Shown: piece by piece, positions 44,662 to 57,500 of the stretch
Numbering within the stretch: the stretch's first letter is position 1
Layout of the letters: each line of letters opens with the position of its first letter
Assembly: GCA_973895155.1 (NCBI GenBank)
Contig: OZ316893.1
Coordinates: 11,858,359 to 11,922,358 of the forward strand
Source: Marsupella aquatica
Lineage: Eukaryota > Plantae > Marchantiophyta
Direction: 5' to 3'
DNA length: 64,000 nt
Position numbers and translations under genes: made by a program
Notes under the pieces: model-generated
Told to the model about the DNA's origin: nothing
The model's database searches: none
Seen by the model: only the letters and a program-made list of their open reading frames with translations

Positions 44662-45833
44662 TAATGATATAATTATGTAGAGTAGGGCAGCCAACCAGGA
44701 GGTGGCTGAGCAATGGAGCTGGTGCGGGAACAAAGCAAGAGGCCCAAAACCCAATGTTGAGGGTTCAGGGCATGCCTGGATGACCATCTAATGGTGAAAC
44801 CTGGCTGGATGTTGGCCGTCAGATTGGATCAATTTAATCCAGCCAGGTCGTAATTTGAACCCGTTGTAAACTAGAGTTACCTACTTTGCATAACCAATAA
44901 TGGAAGAATATTGTGAAGTAGTATTAAACTAAATAGAGTAGGAAAGCAATATATGTTTCAACAAAGAAGAGTAGCTGCTAGTAAATATATACTAAGGCCC
45001 ACATGTCCAGGGTAGTGCATCCAGTCATTGTTTCTCATATGGTCATAATTGTAAAACATTGTTTATGTATTAGAAACAGTGTACTTTTAGTACCCTCCTA
45101 GGAGACTCAAGTCTTGAATGACAGGATTTACAACTTACGGGTTCAAATTAAAACAGTGTTGCCAACACCAGTTTTGGCTATTTGATGGGCTATCTCCATG
45201 CATAAAGGTACCATTTTGATGGTGGCAATTGGGGTGTGGTTCCATGGACAGGTGGCAATTATTGTGGGTTCCATGCGTAGTGAATATTGTTGTGGGACTT
45301 CTTTAATTATCACACTATTTTTTAGCTCAAACAATTACTCTGGTCAGCAAAATTGTGCCACCCAGTCTTATTGGTGTGGGTTGCCACTCAGTCATATCAA
45401 TGATGAAACCTATGTGTTTGGGTGCCAAAGCAGTTCGCAAAACAGCCCTATGGCCCAGCTGTTTGGCAAGGTGGGAGTTCTCTAAGAGATCTAGTATTAG
45501 TTTGTCGCACAACTTCATTGTTAGGGAAGGTGGTTTTTGGCCATAGATATATTTTTCATAGATATGGATTTTTGTTACAAATGTTTTTGACTAGTCTCTA
45601 TAGTGAATTAATTATGGTCATGGGCAAGCAGACATGGTTGTCTGGTAGGTCACTTGAGTAGGGACTCAGCTAGGTCTTGGGTTCAAATGTTATAACTGGC
45701 TTCTGTTGCCTCCCTTTCCTTTAGGTTTTACAGACCTCCCCTTAATTTTATTTTATTTTATAAAAATCTTTGTGGCAAAAAGTTATGGTATTTGGTAACT
45801 TTTTTCTGTTGGTAACCTTATCAATCAAATTAA

Positions 45834-46208
45834 AAGCATCTCCAATGGTGTGCACTATTTTGTTACTGTATACATTAAATACAGCATTAAAAAGTTGTCA
45901 TTTTTAGTATACAGTGTATAGCAAGGACCATATGTCAAAATGCAAGTCCAATGGTTGCTGAGTTTTTAGTACTTCCTACTATAGGCACCTTTGGATACTA
46001 ATGATTAGATCTTGGAGAACACATGAATGTGCTATACAGCTGCTCATACACAGATCCAGAAACCAAAGAACCCAATACTAAGCTCACAATTGAATAACCT
46101 TCCAGTAACCCATTAGTTGGGGTAAGTTGCCTTTTTTGTTCAGACAACCTTCCTGGAAATGATAGCCAATCATATAGTAGACCAACCCAGTAACCATTGT
46201 CGATGCTC
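45834..46208. mobile_element. Tourist-type MITE (PIF/Harbinger), 375 bp
   Basis: Left AAGCATCTCCAATGGT versus right reverse complement GAGCATCGACAATGGT (13/16; Tourist-like GAGCATCTCCAA end); TAA TSD on both sides. Confidence 0.8.
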
Positions 46209-48894
46209 TAAAATTCATGAATTTGAGGTTTGAGATATTCTATTTTAGCTTCTCCACAACTTGCCCTATATAAGGGGAAGTGTCCAAGACCTCCCCCTTT
46301 TTCCACATTTCAATCACTGTTCTCTTCTAGCATACCAGTTTGCTCCACAATTTCAGGAAAAATCTACTTTTCATGGTAACTAGGGGTAACCGCTTAGCTT
46401 TTGAAGGGCAGTTGTGGTTTAAGCCTCCTGTAGCTGTGGGCACCTGTCAGCAGCCTAAGCCATCAGCCTGAACTGCAAAAGACCATAGGCACAGCGGAAT
46501 GGAGACCAGACCATTTATATATCTCAATTTCAAATGCGCTACTGTGTTCGTTGAGCCGAGAGAAGGTTAGCATCTCCCTCGATAAGGACGGGATTAGCCT
46601 TCGGGCATTCCACACACACGAGGTTAAGGCTTCCTGCCCATTTGGGCGGATCTAAACCCAATTTTTTTGGGACTCGTCTTGCACTCTTAGTTCTCGTTTC
46701 TCCTTCATAACCCACTTTTATGTGCGTTGGCTGATCTCTTCTGTGGATCATTTTCTGTCAGATCAAATGATCCACAAACAAGATCAAATTAAAATGATCT
46801 GCTGTCTACCTTCTGTTGAGATGGTCCTTGGAGGGAGAAATCATTGTTGACAATGGATGTTTTGGGGCATTGAAATGGGTTTGTCCTCTGCTTGCGCTTT
46901 GGAGCCTCGTGCGTTCTTTAAATCCCATTTCTATCTGCGCAGCTCAATCTTTTCTCTTCTGTGGATCAATCTCAAATTCAAAGGATCTGCTGTCTACCTT
47001 CTCCTGATTTGTTCCTTGGAGCAAGAAATGAAGGCTGACAACCGATGTTTTTGGGCGTTGAAATGGTTTGGTCCCCTACTTGCGCTCTGGAATCTTGTGC
47101 CTTCTTGAAATCCCATTGCTATCTGCATTGGCTCGTTCTCTTCTGTGGATGGATCTCAAATGCAAATCATTTGGTTGATTTCTTTTCTTGATGTGATCCT
47201 TCGGAGGAAGAAATGAAGGTTCGCGATGGATGTTTTGGTCATTGGAATTCCATGTTCTTACCTTTGCTGCCATTCGCTGGCATGTGAAGAGCTCAATAGT
47301 TTGTTGTTTCTTTTTTCTGGTTGTTTTGATCCGCCCTATTTTGTCCTTGTCCGTGCATTTCCTCTCTGGCTGTGCGGATCCTAGCGCTATACTCTCTTTC
47401 GGTCTCTGTTGCTTCCAAATTCTTATGGCACTATCTGGCCCAAATTCTCCCGTAGATGCTTCATGTCAGTTTCTTTTGTCGCTTGATTTGCTCAATTCCG
47501 TTCATCACAGCTGTTACTACCGTAGTTCTTTCCATGCTGGTTTGCTTGTTCTTGTAGCATTTCTTGTCCCAAACCTCTTCTGTCTCACTACTTCTTTGTT
47601 ACTGTCTTGTTTCGTAACTCTAGATCTCTTCCACCGCTGCTGAACTCAATTTCTTGTGGCGCGTCTGAACCAGACCTCAACTAGTGCTATCTGATTATTT
47701 TGGTTTATGCAATGTGAAAGTTCTTTCAATTCACCTGCATGCTCGATCTCCACCCGGTTTCTTTGTGGAATGATTCTTAGGTACATGGATCCATCGTATG
47801 TGAGATCTCCTCTATTTCCAACGTATGGCATGTTTATCTGTCAGCTTGAACGCAGTTATGCCAGTGAATTGACCAGACTTGGGTTAGGGTTTCCACTCCC
47901 TGTGTACTGCACATGAGACGAGATGGAATCCCTATATAGAGCCTGTATGTAGTTGGAGTCGGCCTCTTTTGACAGTGAATTTTTTGTGATGTTGTTCACT
48001 GACTTTGATCCATCTGTCTGAGCCCCAACTGTGGTGCGGGTTTGATCATCAATTTGAGAGCCCAAGCAGATTCTGCTTTCAATGCATCTCGACTATACAG
48101 ATTTCTTGCGGTGCTTGGATTCACAGGTCCGATCTACAATTTTCATCCTTCGCAAAATCCTTTGAATTTGGACCTTCTTATTTTGCCAACATTGTCATTT
48201 ATTTTGATCTCGGCCCAGATATATGACTCCCACGTGAGCATTTCGTCCACCCAACCTTACAGCAGGTCCATAATCTTTCCATGCGTTACTTGCATATTCA
48301 TTGGTCCTCCAAACATTGACCCAATTTGAAGTATGTGCTTTTGGTGTCAATTGTCAACTCTCTATATATGTGTCCTTCAGCAACTCATCTTCCTCTCTTT
48401 TGAGGAAGGCAAAGGACTTTGTGGGGCACTCTAATTCATCGCCAAGAAATCCATCCATCTCCTCTCTGCTGCTGAGACTTACCAGTAGATCATAACAAGA
48501 TCCTCCAGAGGAATTGGTGTTTGCTCAAAATTCCGATTGGGATATATCCTTCGCGGCTCTGTGAAAACTAGATTACTAATCAGTCACTCGTAAAGGCTGA
48601 CAGCTTGTTCCAATTTATTCTACAAGTCTACATTTACCATGTATTCTCATTTCTGCCAGCAATAAACTCAGGTCTTTCCTCTGTAAGTGTGTGATAGTGT
48701 ACTGATGTCTAGGTAATGCAAAATATCCCCTCGGCCTGTTTATCCCGAGTAATCCAAATTCATTGGCCTCCCTGAAATAGAAATTCATGAAGTCAGAGAG
48801 AATCAACTAGAATATGTGTTTCTCCTTTTCCTGAGTATTTCAAATTCATTGATCTCTTGAAAGAGAACATTTGTGGAAGTAACAGACTGAGACT

Positions 48895-49235
48895 GACCCA
48901 GTATGTGGGTCTAAATCAATCGATTGACTTTAGAAAAGATTGTCATTGAAGCTCATTCAAGGAGTGTTGTACATAATTATGTGTGTCTAGCTCAATTGTA
49001 TGTTCAAGGACTGTTGTAGAGTGTTTCATATATGTGGGTCGAGCTCAACAGAGTGTTGGATATATGTGGGTGTGAGTAGCTCGATCAATTGTCTGTTGAC
49101 GGAGTGTTGTACTTATGTGGGTCCAGCTCAATTGAATATTCACGGACTGTTTTATAGTGTAGCGTGTATGTGGGTCTAGCTCAATGGTTTATTGGAAGAC
49201 TGTTGGATATACGTGGATGTGGGTCAAGCTCAATC
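48895..49235. repeat. Degenerate short tandem repeat (ATGTGGGTC.AGCTCAAT core)
   Basis: Core motif recurs about six times at 40-75 bp spacing. Confidence 0.65.
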
Positions 49236-50959
49236 GTTTCACTTAGATAACATTGCTAAAGGGTATCCAAGGCATGTTCAGTATATTTTGATTCAAATTT
49301 ATATCATTTCAAAAGCTTCTACAATGATACCAAGATGTGACAAGACAATGAAAGGATAGGATTGCATGGCCCTCCCTTTGACATTTACTCTTCCCTGGCC
49401 TTGTGGATGCCCTTGCATGCATGCATGATCTGCTCCTCACCCCTAGCTCAAAGTCACTTTGTACCCATGGTGCATGTTATAGGCAATGCATATTGTACTT
49501 TTTGGTAAGGAGTCGGGTATGGAACATTGAAGGAGATTCCATTTTGACCAAAATTTGAGGTTTGGAGAAACATATTGACCAAAATTTGAGGTTTGGGGCA
49601 TGGAGTGAGTAAAGAAGAATTCATGGACATGAGAAAAGTTTTGGCTCTTTGTTCTCAAGAAGAGATTTTTCAAATTTTGGGTAAATGTTACCTTTTCTTT
49701 CCAAATGTTTTTCATGAAGGGAAGAAAATGGGGAGGGGATGGAGACCGTGGGAGGGAGAGCCGGAGGGCTTGGTGTGTGTCTGTGTGTGGGGGTACCAAA
49801 AAGTACCCCCAATGTTCTTAACTCTTTTGCACTTGCATCTTTCAATGTACAACGCACAAGTATTGAGGTAGTGAGTTAATGTAATAGATGAGCTCAACGT
49901 CCTTTTGTAGCTGCCGATCAAAGATCTGAGCGGTAACATGCAACACACATTGATATTCAAGTTCTTTGAATGCAACCATGCATAAACGGAACAGTTTTGG
50001 ATGGCTTTGCACAATGCTTTTCATGGACGCGCTTGAATTAATTGGACATGTACTGTAAGTCCTCGGATAGAGTGCGGCTTGTCCCCAACCTTCTTCTGGG
50101 CAAAGTGGATTGGAAGATAAGGAAGTGCATATATAGCATTCAGCTCTGGAGGATCTGAAATGGAAAATATAACAAGATCTACACCGGATAGTAGGCCTGT
50201 GTGCCTTTGGAGGGAACTGGTAGACAAAAACCATAATTTAATAGTGCGCTGCATTTGTGGCTTGTGATCCAGTGCAATTTGTTGTTGCTGGCAAACTGCA
50301 ACAAGAATTTGCAACCAGACTAGGAGTCTTTACACGAGCTGCCAAACTTGATCATGGGTGGAGTGGTGGCCAGTACAATGTCGAGGTTCTTGGCTGACTT
50401 TGAACCCAGCAGTGATGTTGTGAGGAACAACTTCTCTCATCTGGAGAATGCATCAAATCTTCAAATGAATTTGCCGAGAAGGCAGGCTATCAGTCAGCCA
50501 TTCAAGACAAAGCTCGTAGCTGGGTACTAAGTATCTGCTCCTTTTTTGAGGGAATCAATGAAGTGACTTTAGGCACATAAGGTGGTCAATCAGAACTTTC
50601 CAAAATTATGGGAAATGGGTGTGATGCCTTGCCAGGATCACGAAGTAATAACTAAGCCTAAAAAAATGGCTAAATAAGGATAGATAGAGAGTATAAGGTA
50701 ACAATAAAGACCGATGCCGATTTCTACGTGTAGATGATAAAGGAAAGGATCCAATGGTTGAGATCCAGCGGGATTGGAGTTATGACCTAATCCAAGCTTG
50801 ATCACAAGGACCCCTAAGTGGCGGCTTCGGAGTAAGGTGACCAATACTCTGCCATTTTGCATTCTCGTGTACACGGTTTCGACATTGAGGAGCGACTGTC
50901 AGTCAAGTACGTGCATGTGGTGGATTGGGAGATTGCGCAAGTTCTTGGCATTCGGTGGA

Positions 50960-52141
50960 ATGAACACGGTGAATCAGGCAGGGAAGTTTTGGGGCTGTTT
51001 GCTTGAAGAAGCAAGGCAGCTGATACCTACGTATGAAGACGTTGAGCCAGAGCGCGCAGCCAGAGAACGAGCGGAGCTTGCGCGATTGTGGGGAATTCAC
51101 AAAACGGCATCCATAGATACGGAGGAGGTGTTGGAAAAGTTCTCGTGGACACCCACCAGTGCGGAGCTTGACGAATTGCTGATTCGGGAGAATAAGGTCG
51201 TGGGGATTAAAGAGGCAATCAAGAACGCAGGGCGACCACTTTGGGAATTGAAGGGTCACACTGCAAAGTGGACGAAGGAAGCTATTCTTGGGGAGTATTC
51301 AGGCGCTGAAGAGATGAAGCGCAAGGGAAGTTCGGCATCCGCAACTCCAGCAAAGCGAACTAGGTCAGAGAGACCAATCAAGATGGAATCCGGGCCAGTT
51401 AGAGATCGGGCCATAGAGGATAAAACCATGACAAGGTGGGCGGACAGGTTACCTGCCGATTTACAATTATAGTTTGCAAGAGATGAGGATGAGGTCTTTA
51501 GTGCCGTCCAGGATAATAAATATGCAAGATATATGAATGACACTGGGTTGGAGGGCTTTGTCAGGTTGTCTTGGAGGATGGTAGACATACCGGATGAGGA
51601 TCTGTTGGACTTCGTGGGATGCTGGGAGGCTTCTTCCAACACGACGCTGTTGTATGGAAAGGTGTTCGAACTAACACCTGCGCTTATCGAAGCCGTCTTC
51701 GCTTTACCAGCAGGAAGGAAGACTAAGGTGGAGCAGAGGAAGACTTTGCCCGATGACCAGTTCAAGTCATTTCCAGGGCCTTCCATTAAGAATGGGTATT
51801 TCAAGAATCAATGTACCAACCCGCATATAGGGCAGCTGATTGATTTCCTGAGAGTCACGTTGCATTGTACCTTGCCGAGAACAGAAATCGGCAAAGCCCA
51901 GGTATTTTTGGTGGAGAATATCGATGCAAGCCGAGACTACAACGGCTATCTCTTAATGCAGTTGAAGAAGGCATTAAATGAAGAGAAGCAGAGCATTGGG
52001 GAGGGAGCGGTATCCAGACTAGGGTACCATCTGCAATTACTTTGCCGATATGCAAGAAGCCAGTCTTTTACACCGGTGTTGCCTATACAGGAGCGGATGC
52101 CGATCACTGCACCACTTGAGGAGGTGGAGGAGGACAAGGAG
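50960..52141 (+). pseudogene. TE-derived ORF (plant mobile domain / retrotransposon accessory-protein-like), with an internal stop and truncated by a CACTA insertion
   Basis: ORFs 50798-51472 and 51533-52147 are in the same frame, separated by one TAG (51470-51472). The segment LLDFVGCW...GKVFELTPALIEAVFALP resembles the PMD-like 'G..+.+T...+..++.LP' signature. The apparent stop at 52145-52147 is supplied by the CACTA terminus. Confidence 0.5.
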
Positions 52142-52489
52142 CACTAGAAGAAAATAGGGCCCTTTATGACCAATTACCCAATGACGGAGATGAATAAATG
52201 ACCAAAATTTCTAATGACACAAAAAGAATGATAGGAGAATGACTGTCCACAATGACCAATAGACTAAAATGACAAAATGTTAACTTTTGCGTCATTTTGT
52301 ATAATGTTTGTAATGACTGATGCGACCAAAATGACCCAATTTCCCTAAATGGTCAATTTAGACACATGTCTTAAATGACACAATTAATAATAACAATGAT
52401 AAATCAGTGTTTAGCACCATTATAGTCACTCTGGACAATGATTGAAATAACCAAAAATATATTTGGGTCATTTTGGACAACGGTGTTAA

Positions 52490-52920
52490 ATGACAAAATA
52501 TAGGGTCAATCTGAAAATGAGAATATATCAGTGTTTACAACAACATACCGTCATTATGGACTTCTCTCATAATGACTAACTCTAGGGTCAATCTTGAAAT
52601 TAGGACATATCAGTGTTTACACGAACATACCGTCATTATGGACTTCTCTCTTAAATGACTAACTCTAGGGTCAATCTTGAAATTAGGACATATCAGTATT
52701 TACAAGAACATACCGTCATTATGGACTTCTCTCATAAATGACTAACTCCAAAGTCAATCTTGAAATTAGGATATATCAGTGTTTACAACAACATACTATC
52801 ATTATGGACTTGTCATATAAATGACTAAATATAGGGTCAATCTAAAAATCACGATATATCAATGTTTACAATAACATACAGTCATTATGGACTTATTGCA
52901 TAAATGACTACTTATAGAGT
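52490..52920. repeat. CACTA subterminal tandem array, 82-83 bp unit, ~5 copies
   Basis: ATATCAGTGTTTAC...GTCATTATGGACTT unit starts near 52525, 52607, 52690, 52773 and 52856. Confidence 0.9.
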
Positions 52921-53009
52921 CATTAAAGAACCCAAGAGATATGAAGATTAAAATACTCAATAGTCATTCCAGACACCGGTCATAATTGTAGAGTCATTGA
53001 TATAGTTGA

Positions 53010-54229
53010 TAACCCTTCCACTAAATGCGGGACACAATATATACTCATCATTGTCCTCCCACTGGTTGCGGCATTAGCAATTTGAACATATGTCTTGCAT
53101 TTACTTAAGGCATGATGCACCTAGCTTTGGGGAAATCACTCTCAAGTCATACACCTTTGGAGTGATTTGGCATAAGTGTTACCATATATAGATGCATACT
53201 ATCGTATCCAAAGGCAAATGAAGCCTTTTTGTCTCTCCAAGAAGTAGGGCAATACCAATGGAAGGTTGTCATCCTTTGTTGTAATTGTGTCATGTTTGTG
53301 CCGGTGTTTGGATGGGGAATATTTTAATTTGCAAATGAATAGTGATGGGGCATTCAAGGAGCTAGTGTAGTCTTTATTGGGTCATTTCTAAAAACATTTG
53401 CATCACAAATACCAATGACTACAAGTAGGGTCATTAAATTTGTCATATGGACTGTCATATAAGTCAAGTGACTGGACTTGTGGTCATTTGTGTGGTCCCT
53501 CATGCAATCATTAAACACAAGCACTAATGACCAGTTTGGGGCTAGGGGCTTGAGGTGGGCCCTAGAGTGCCATGGGGCCCCACATAGAGGTGAGAACCCC
53601 TCCACTAGGTGTGGGACACTATACTCATCATTGTCCAACCACTAGTTGCGACATAAACACTTTGGACACATGTTTTTGCGTTTACTTAAGGTACGATGCA
53701 CCTTTGGGGAAATCACTCCCAAGTTGTACGACTTTGGAGTGATTTGCCAAAAGTGTCATCATGCATGCATACCATCACATCCAAAGGCAAATAAAACTTG
53801 TTTTTGGGTTCTCCAAGAGGTAGTGCTGCACCAATGGAATGGGCAGGGGAGTCGTGCTTCTCAGTATGGTGTGGGTGCGGGTTTAGGGAAGAGGAATATT
53901 CCAACCTTACAAGGAATCTAAAGTTGGTTCTCTTTGGAGGTACTAGGGCCTTTATTGGGTCATATGTGAGCAATGGCCCGTCATAAATGCCAATTACTAC
54001 AAGAAGGGTCATTAAAATGGTCACATTGGATGTCATATAAGCCAAATGACTTGATTTATTGTCATTTGAGGGGTCCCTCATGCAGTCATTAAGGAAAAGC
54101 ACAAATGACCAGTTTGGGGCTAGGGGCCCCTAGAGTGCCATGGGGCCCTACATAGAGGTGAGAATCCCTCCACTAGGTGTGGGACACTATACTCATCATT
54201 GTCCATCCACTAGTTGCGACATAAACACT
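53010..54229. repeat. Internal CACTA tandem repeat, ~570-590 bp unit; the array resumes at 62655-63530 after the Sola insertion
   Basis: CC.TCCACTA..TG.GGGACAC.ATACTCATCATTGTCC at ~53015, ~53600 and ~54168. Sequence at 62655 continues the unit (CACTTTGGA.ACATGTTTTTG.GTTTACTTAAGG) exactly where 54229 breaks off. Confidence 0.88.
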
Positions 54230-54550
54230 AACAAGAAGCCTTAAGGGATGAGTCCAAAGCCTTATTTCTCTTTTCAAAATCTTCATGATATTAAAAAGTG
54301 TATACCAAAAAACCACCAAAAAATGGTATGTATTTTCCAAACTAGACTCAAGAGAATTTTACCACCAAAATCTAAGCATATCTTATATGATATTCTCACA
54401 ATTGTATAAACCTTGAAATATGCACTTTATAAAAGTAATCAAAATCAAACTCATCGATCAGAGTTTAAGTCAAACTCAAAGTTTTACAAAATATAACCCA
54501 ACTTAAGCCCAAGTGGTTTCAAATGCTACGAGTCCCTCTATTTATCTAGT

Positions 54551-57500
54551 CTAATCCAAAGGGACCGCTTCCCCTTCCTCGGTTCCGGAAGTCCCTATCG
54601 TCAATTCTGGAACAATTGTGGCATCGTCAACCACGCTATCCTCTCTGGCCTGAGGAATGTCTTCCTCACTCTCCTCATCCATCTCCCCCTGTCCGTCTTC
54701 CTCTTCAATGTTATCTGCAAGGTTAAGAATCCTCCCTTTCAACACACTGCTCTGTCGCTCGTCAATCTCAATGGCAACGCAATGTCTCCCCATGGCCAAG
54801 GAGGAGGTTGTCCCAGTCCCTGATCCTAAACAAATATCCAAAACCCAGTCTCCAACCTGACTAAAATGACTCACTTCCCAATCTAACAATGCACGTGGTT
54901 TCTGATAAACATTCACTGCCTTGTTATCCCCGTTGTGTTTCAGCTTCTTAGTCACAGCTGCGCATACAACCACATTGTTCCTTGATTCATTTGTGTCAAA
55001 ATTGAAGTGCTCCAATGACCGTTTACCATCCTGGCTGTGAAAGCCAATTGTAAAGCACTCAAAGTTGCTGTTCAATCTTGGTCCACCAGCATTCTTCACA
55101 TTATCCTTAACCCTGAAAAGTCACAAAAAGTCAAGGAGTTATTTAAACTGAGAAACATGGTTCATGAAATCATGAATAACCTCGGGGGTTTCACTTCCAC
55201 AAAAATGGCATATCACGTGCGACGAAGGATAGGGTCATTTTATTGGTTCTAAGGGAAGACTTAAGAATTTTTGTAGAAGAACAATAGGGTCTTTTAAATT
55301 CAATTTTGAGACTTATAAGAACATTAGGGTCCTTTTAATCCAATTTTTAGAATATTCCAAGAATATTCCAACTTTATAGGGGTTAATAAATAAATTTTTT
55401 TTCTTACATTTTAGGGGGTCTGAGGCCTAAAAACGTCGCAGGCGATGGGGAGGTCCCCATATAGTGAGACCCCTGAGTGAATAACTAATAGTTGTTTTTT
55501 TCAAAAACAAATATTTCTTACCACACACAATTCTGGAACCCTCCATTACACTCCGCTTTCAAAACGGTCTTGATGGCCTCATATTGGTCAAGGCTGTGGT
55601 GAATGATAATACGCCACAACTTTGCAGTAGTAGCCACCTTGAACGATTGGACCATTTTTGTGATCTCCTCAGTTCCCCATCCAATAGTGTCTTCATGAAG
55701 ACATCCAGGCAATGCAAACCCGTAGGGAATATCCACTAAAGCTAATGTGTAAGCCCGACCCGGAACCACCTCATGTAATCGCTGAGCATCATGAGTAAAA
55801 ATATCATAGTGCACATCACCAAACTCTGGATGCTCAAACGAATTTGGATGAAGTTCCCCCTCTTGGGTTTGCCGACTAGAAGTCTTCATGGATAGCCAAT
55901 TTTGGGCTTGCACAATATGCGCATTGAATTTGTCCGGGAATGACTTGAGATCTTTGCCTTCCTCATCTCCCTTCTTTTTCCGGGAGGTGGTATCTTTCTA
56001 CAAAAAGGAACTGTAGAATTAGAAACAAGGATTCCAAATATTAAATGAATTCAAACAATCATTCGAAGAAAGGTGACAGAATCTTACCCATGTCTGGAAA
56101 ACAGGTACAAAATTCTTAAGCACATTGTCTGTGCAATGCTCAGGGTACTTGGTTTTACAACTTGACCAACTCTCCTCGTGTAGACACGTGAGGAAGGCCT
56201 TCTGCACCTGCATCTGAAATTTGTGTCGAGTAAATTCGTGACCCATTTCCTGTAAAGAGAGTTCTTTAGTAAGAACTCTCTGTAACACTGGGCAAATCAT
56301 ATCAGGATCTTTCAAGGCCTGCATGTGTCTCCACTCTATTAATTTCATGTCCTCATAAGGCAATTTGGCATCTCCAGACTTAGAGACTTTCTTCTTGCCT
56401 TTGTCTCCTTTTTGACCTTTGATCTCACACATCTCCCACTTGTCACAAATCTGCCTCACAAATGACCACACAGGATCTTGTCGGAATGCCAACTGAAATA
56501 GGTTATCATTGGCATTAAGAACCTCAGCATCCTTTCGTACACCCCAATCCTTGAGATTGATTTCAGTAGCACACTCTTTCTTGAAATCCTGGTTGGACGA
56601 CAATCCATTCTCAACAAATCTCATGTGAATATAATTTACTCTCTGGATTGTCGTCATCTGTTGTCGAAATTCAGAATCAATATTGTGACTCCACGCAAGG
56701 TTTCTTGCCTCTTGCACACTCAATCCCGCAAATATCCAAGATTGCACTCTCCGAAATGCCTTGTTGTTAGGAAACTGAAGAGCAAGGTCTGCTTTGGCAC
56801 AGGCTGAATGGTTGCCCCCAATCACATAATAATGGTAATCAGCTTTCCTTGAAAAATCAAAGTCTTGCCTAGTAGCACACTCCTTCGGATCCACCAAGAG
56901 GACAAACGGAGCTGCAAGTGGACTGGCACCTACAGTCTTCATCCGCAAGGTCAATTGGGTCAAGAAATATGGTTGGATGTGTCGGACCTGGTAAATGGGC
57001 AAGCCCACAGCCTTCTCTCTCACTGGAGGGTAAAGTTGACCAATGTCAACGGTCACGGTCTCCTCTTGAACACCACATCTTCCCAGAATCTCCTCCTGGT
57101 ACAATACCCGTGCATCCATTGACATTGATTGAGCCTTTTGCTCCAAATGCGTTGGAATTTTCTCCAAAGTCTTCTTTTTTGACTTTGTAGCACAGGGCTC
57201 GGTAGGCTCAGGAGTCATAGCAGGTCGCTTCTTTGAAGAAATGCGAGTTCCAGTCGTACCTTGTGCCGACCCACCAGTCAAAGGCGTTCCCTGGGATGAT
57301 CTGCCAACTTGAGATCCCCCTCCAGATGCTGCTGCTTCCCGGGAGGTTGTAGGCGCTACCACGGTCAAAATATCATCGGGTAAAATGCTAGGCCTCGATC
57401 CAGAAGGAACACCGAAAGCCCCAAATTTGGGTGGACGACTTACTCCCTTCTCTACCGACCTTTTCCGGAGAATCTCTCTTGATTTTCGGATTGCACTCTT

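Noticed and set aside
45143-45550. Minus-strand ORFs ending EIAHQIAKTG, resembling an RNase H C-terminus
   Set aside because: Only one short motif matches and the other catalytic motifs are not recognisable.
45625-45700. tRNA-like A/B boxes (TGGTTGTCTGG ... GGTTCAAAT)
   Set aside because: No cloverleaf or acceptor stem; at most a decayed SINE head.
46700-48500. Cluster of short ORFs with ~190-bp diverged repeats
   Set aside because: No recognisable domain or splice-consistent structure; probably decayed repeat DNA.
52490-52920. Regularly spaced repeats resembling a CRISPR array
   Set aside because: The whole 83-bp unit repeats with no unique spacers; this is a CACTA subterminal array in eukaryotic DNA with no cas genes.
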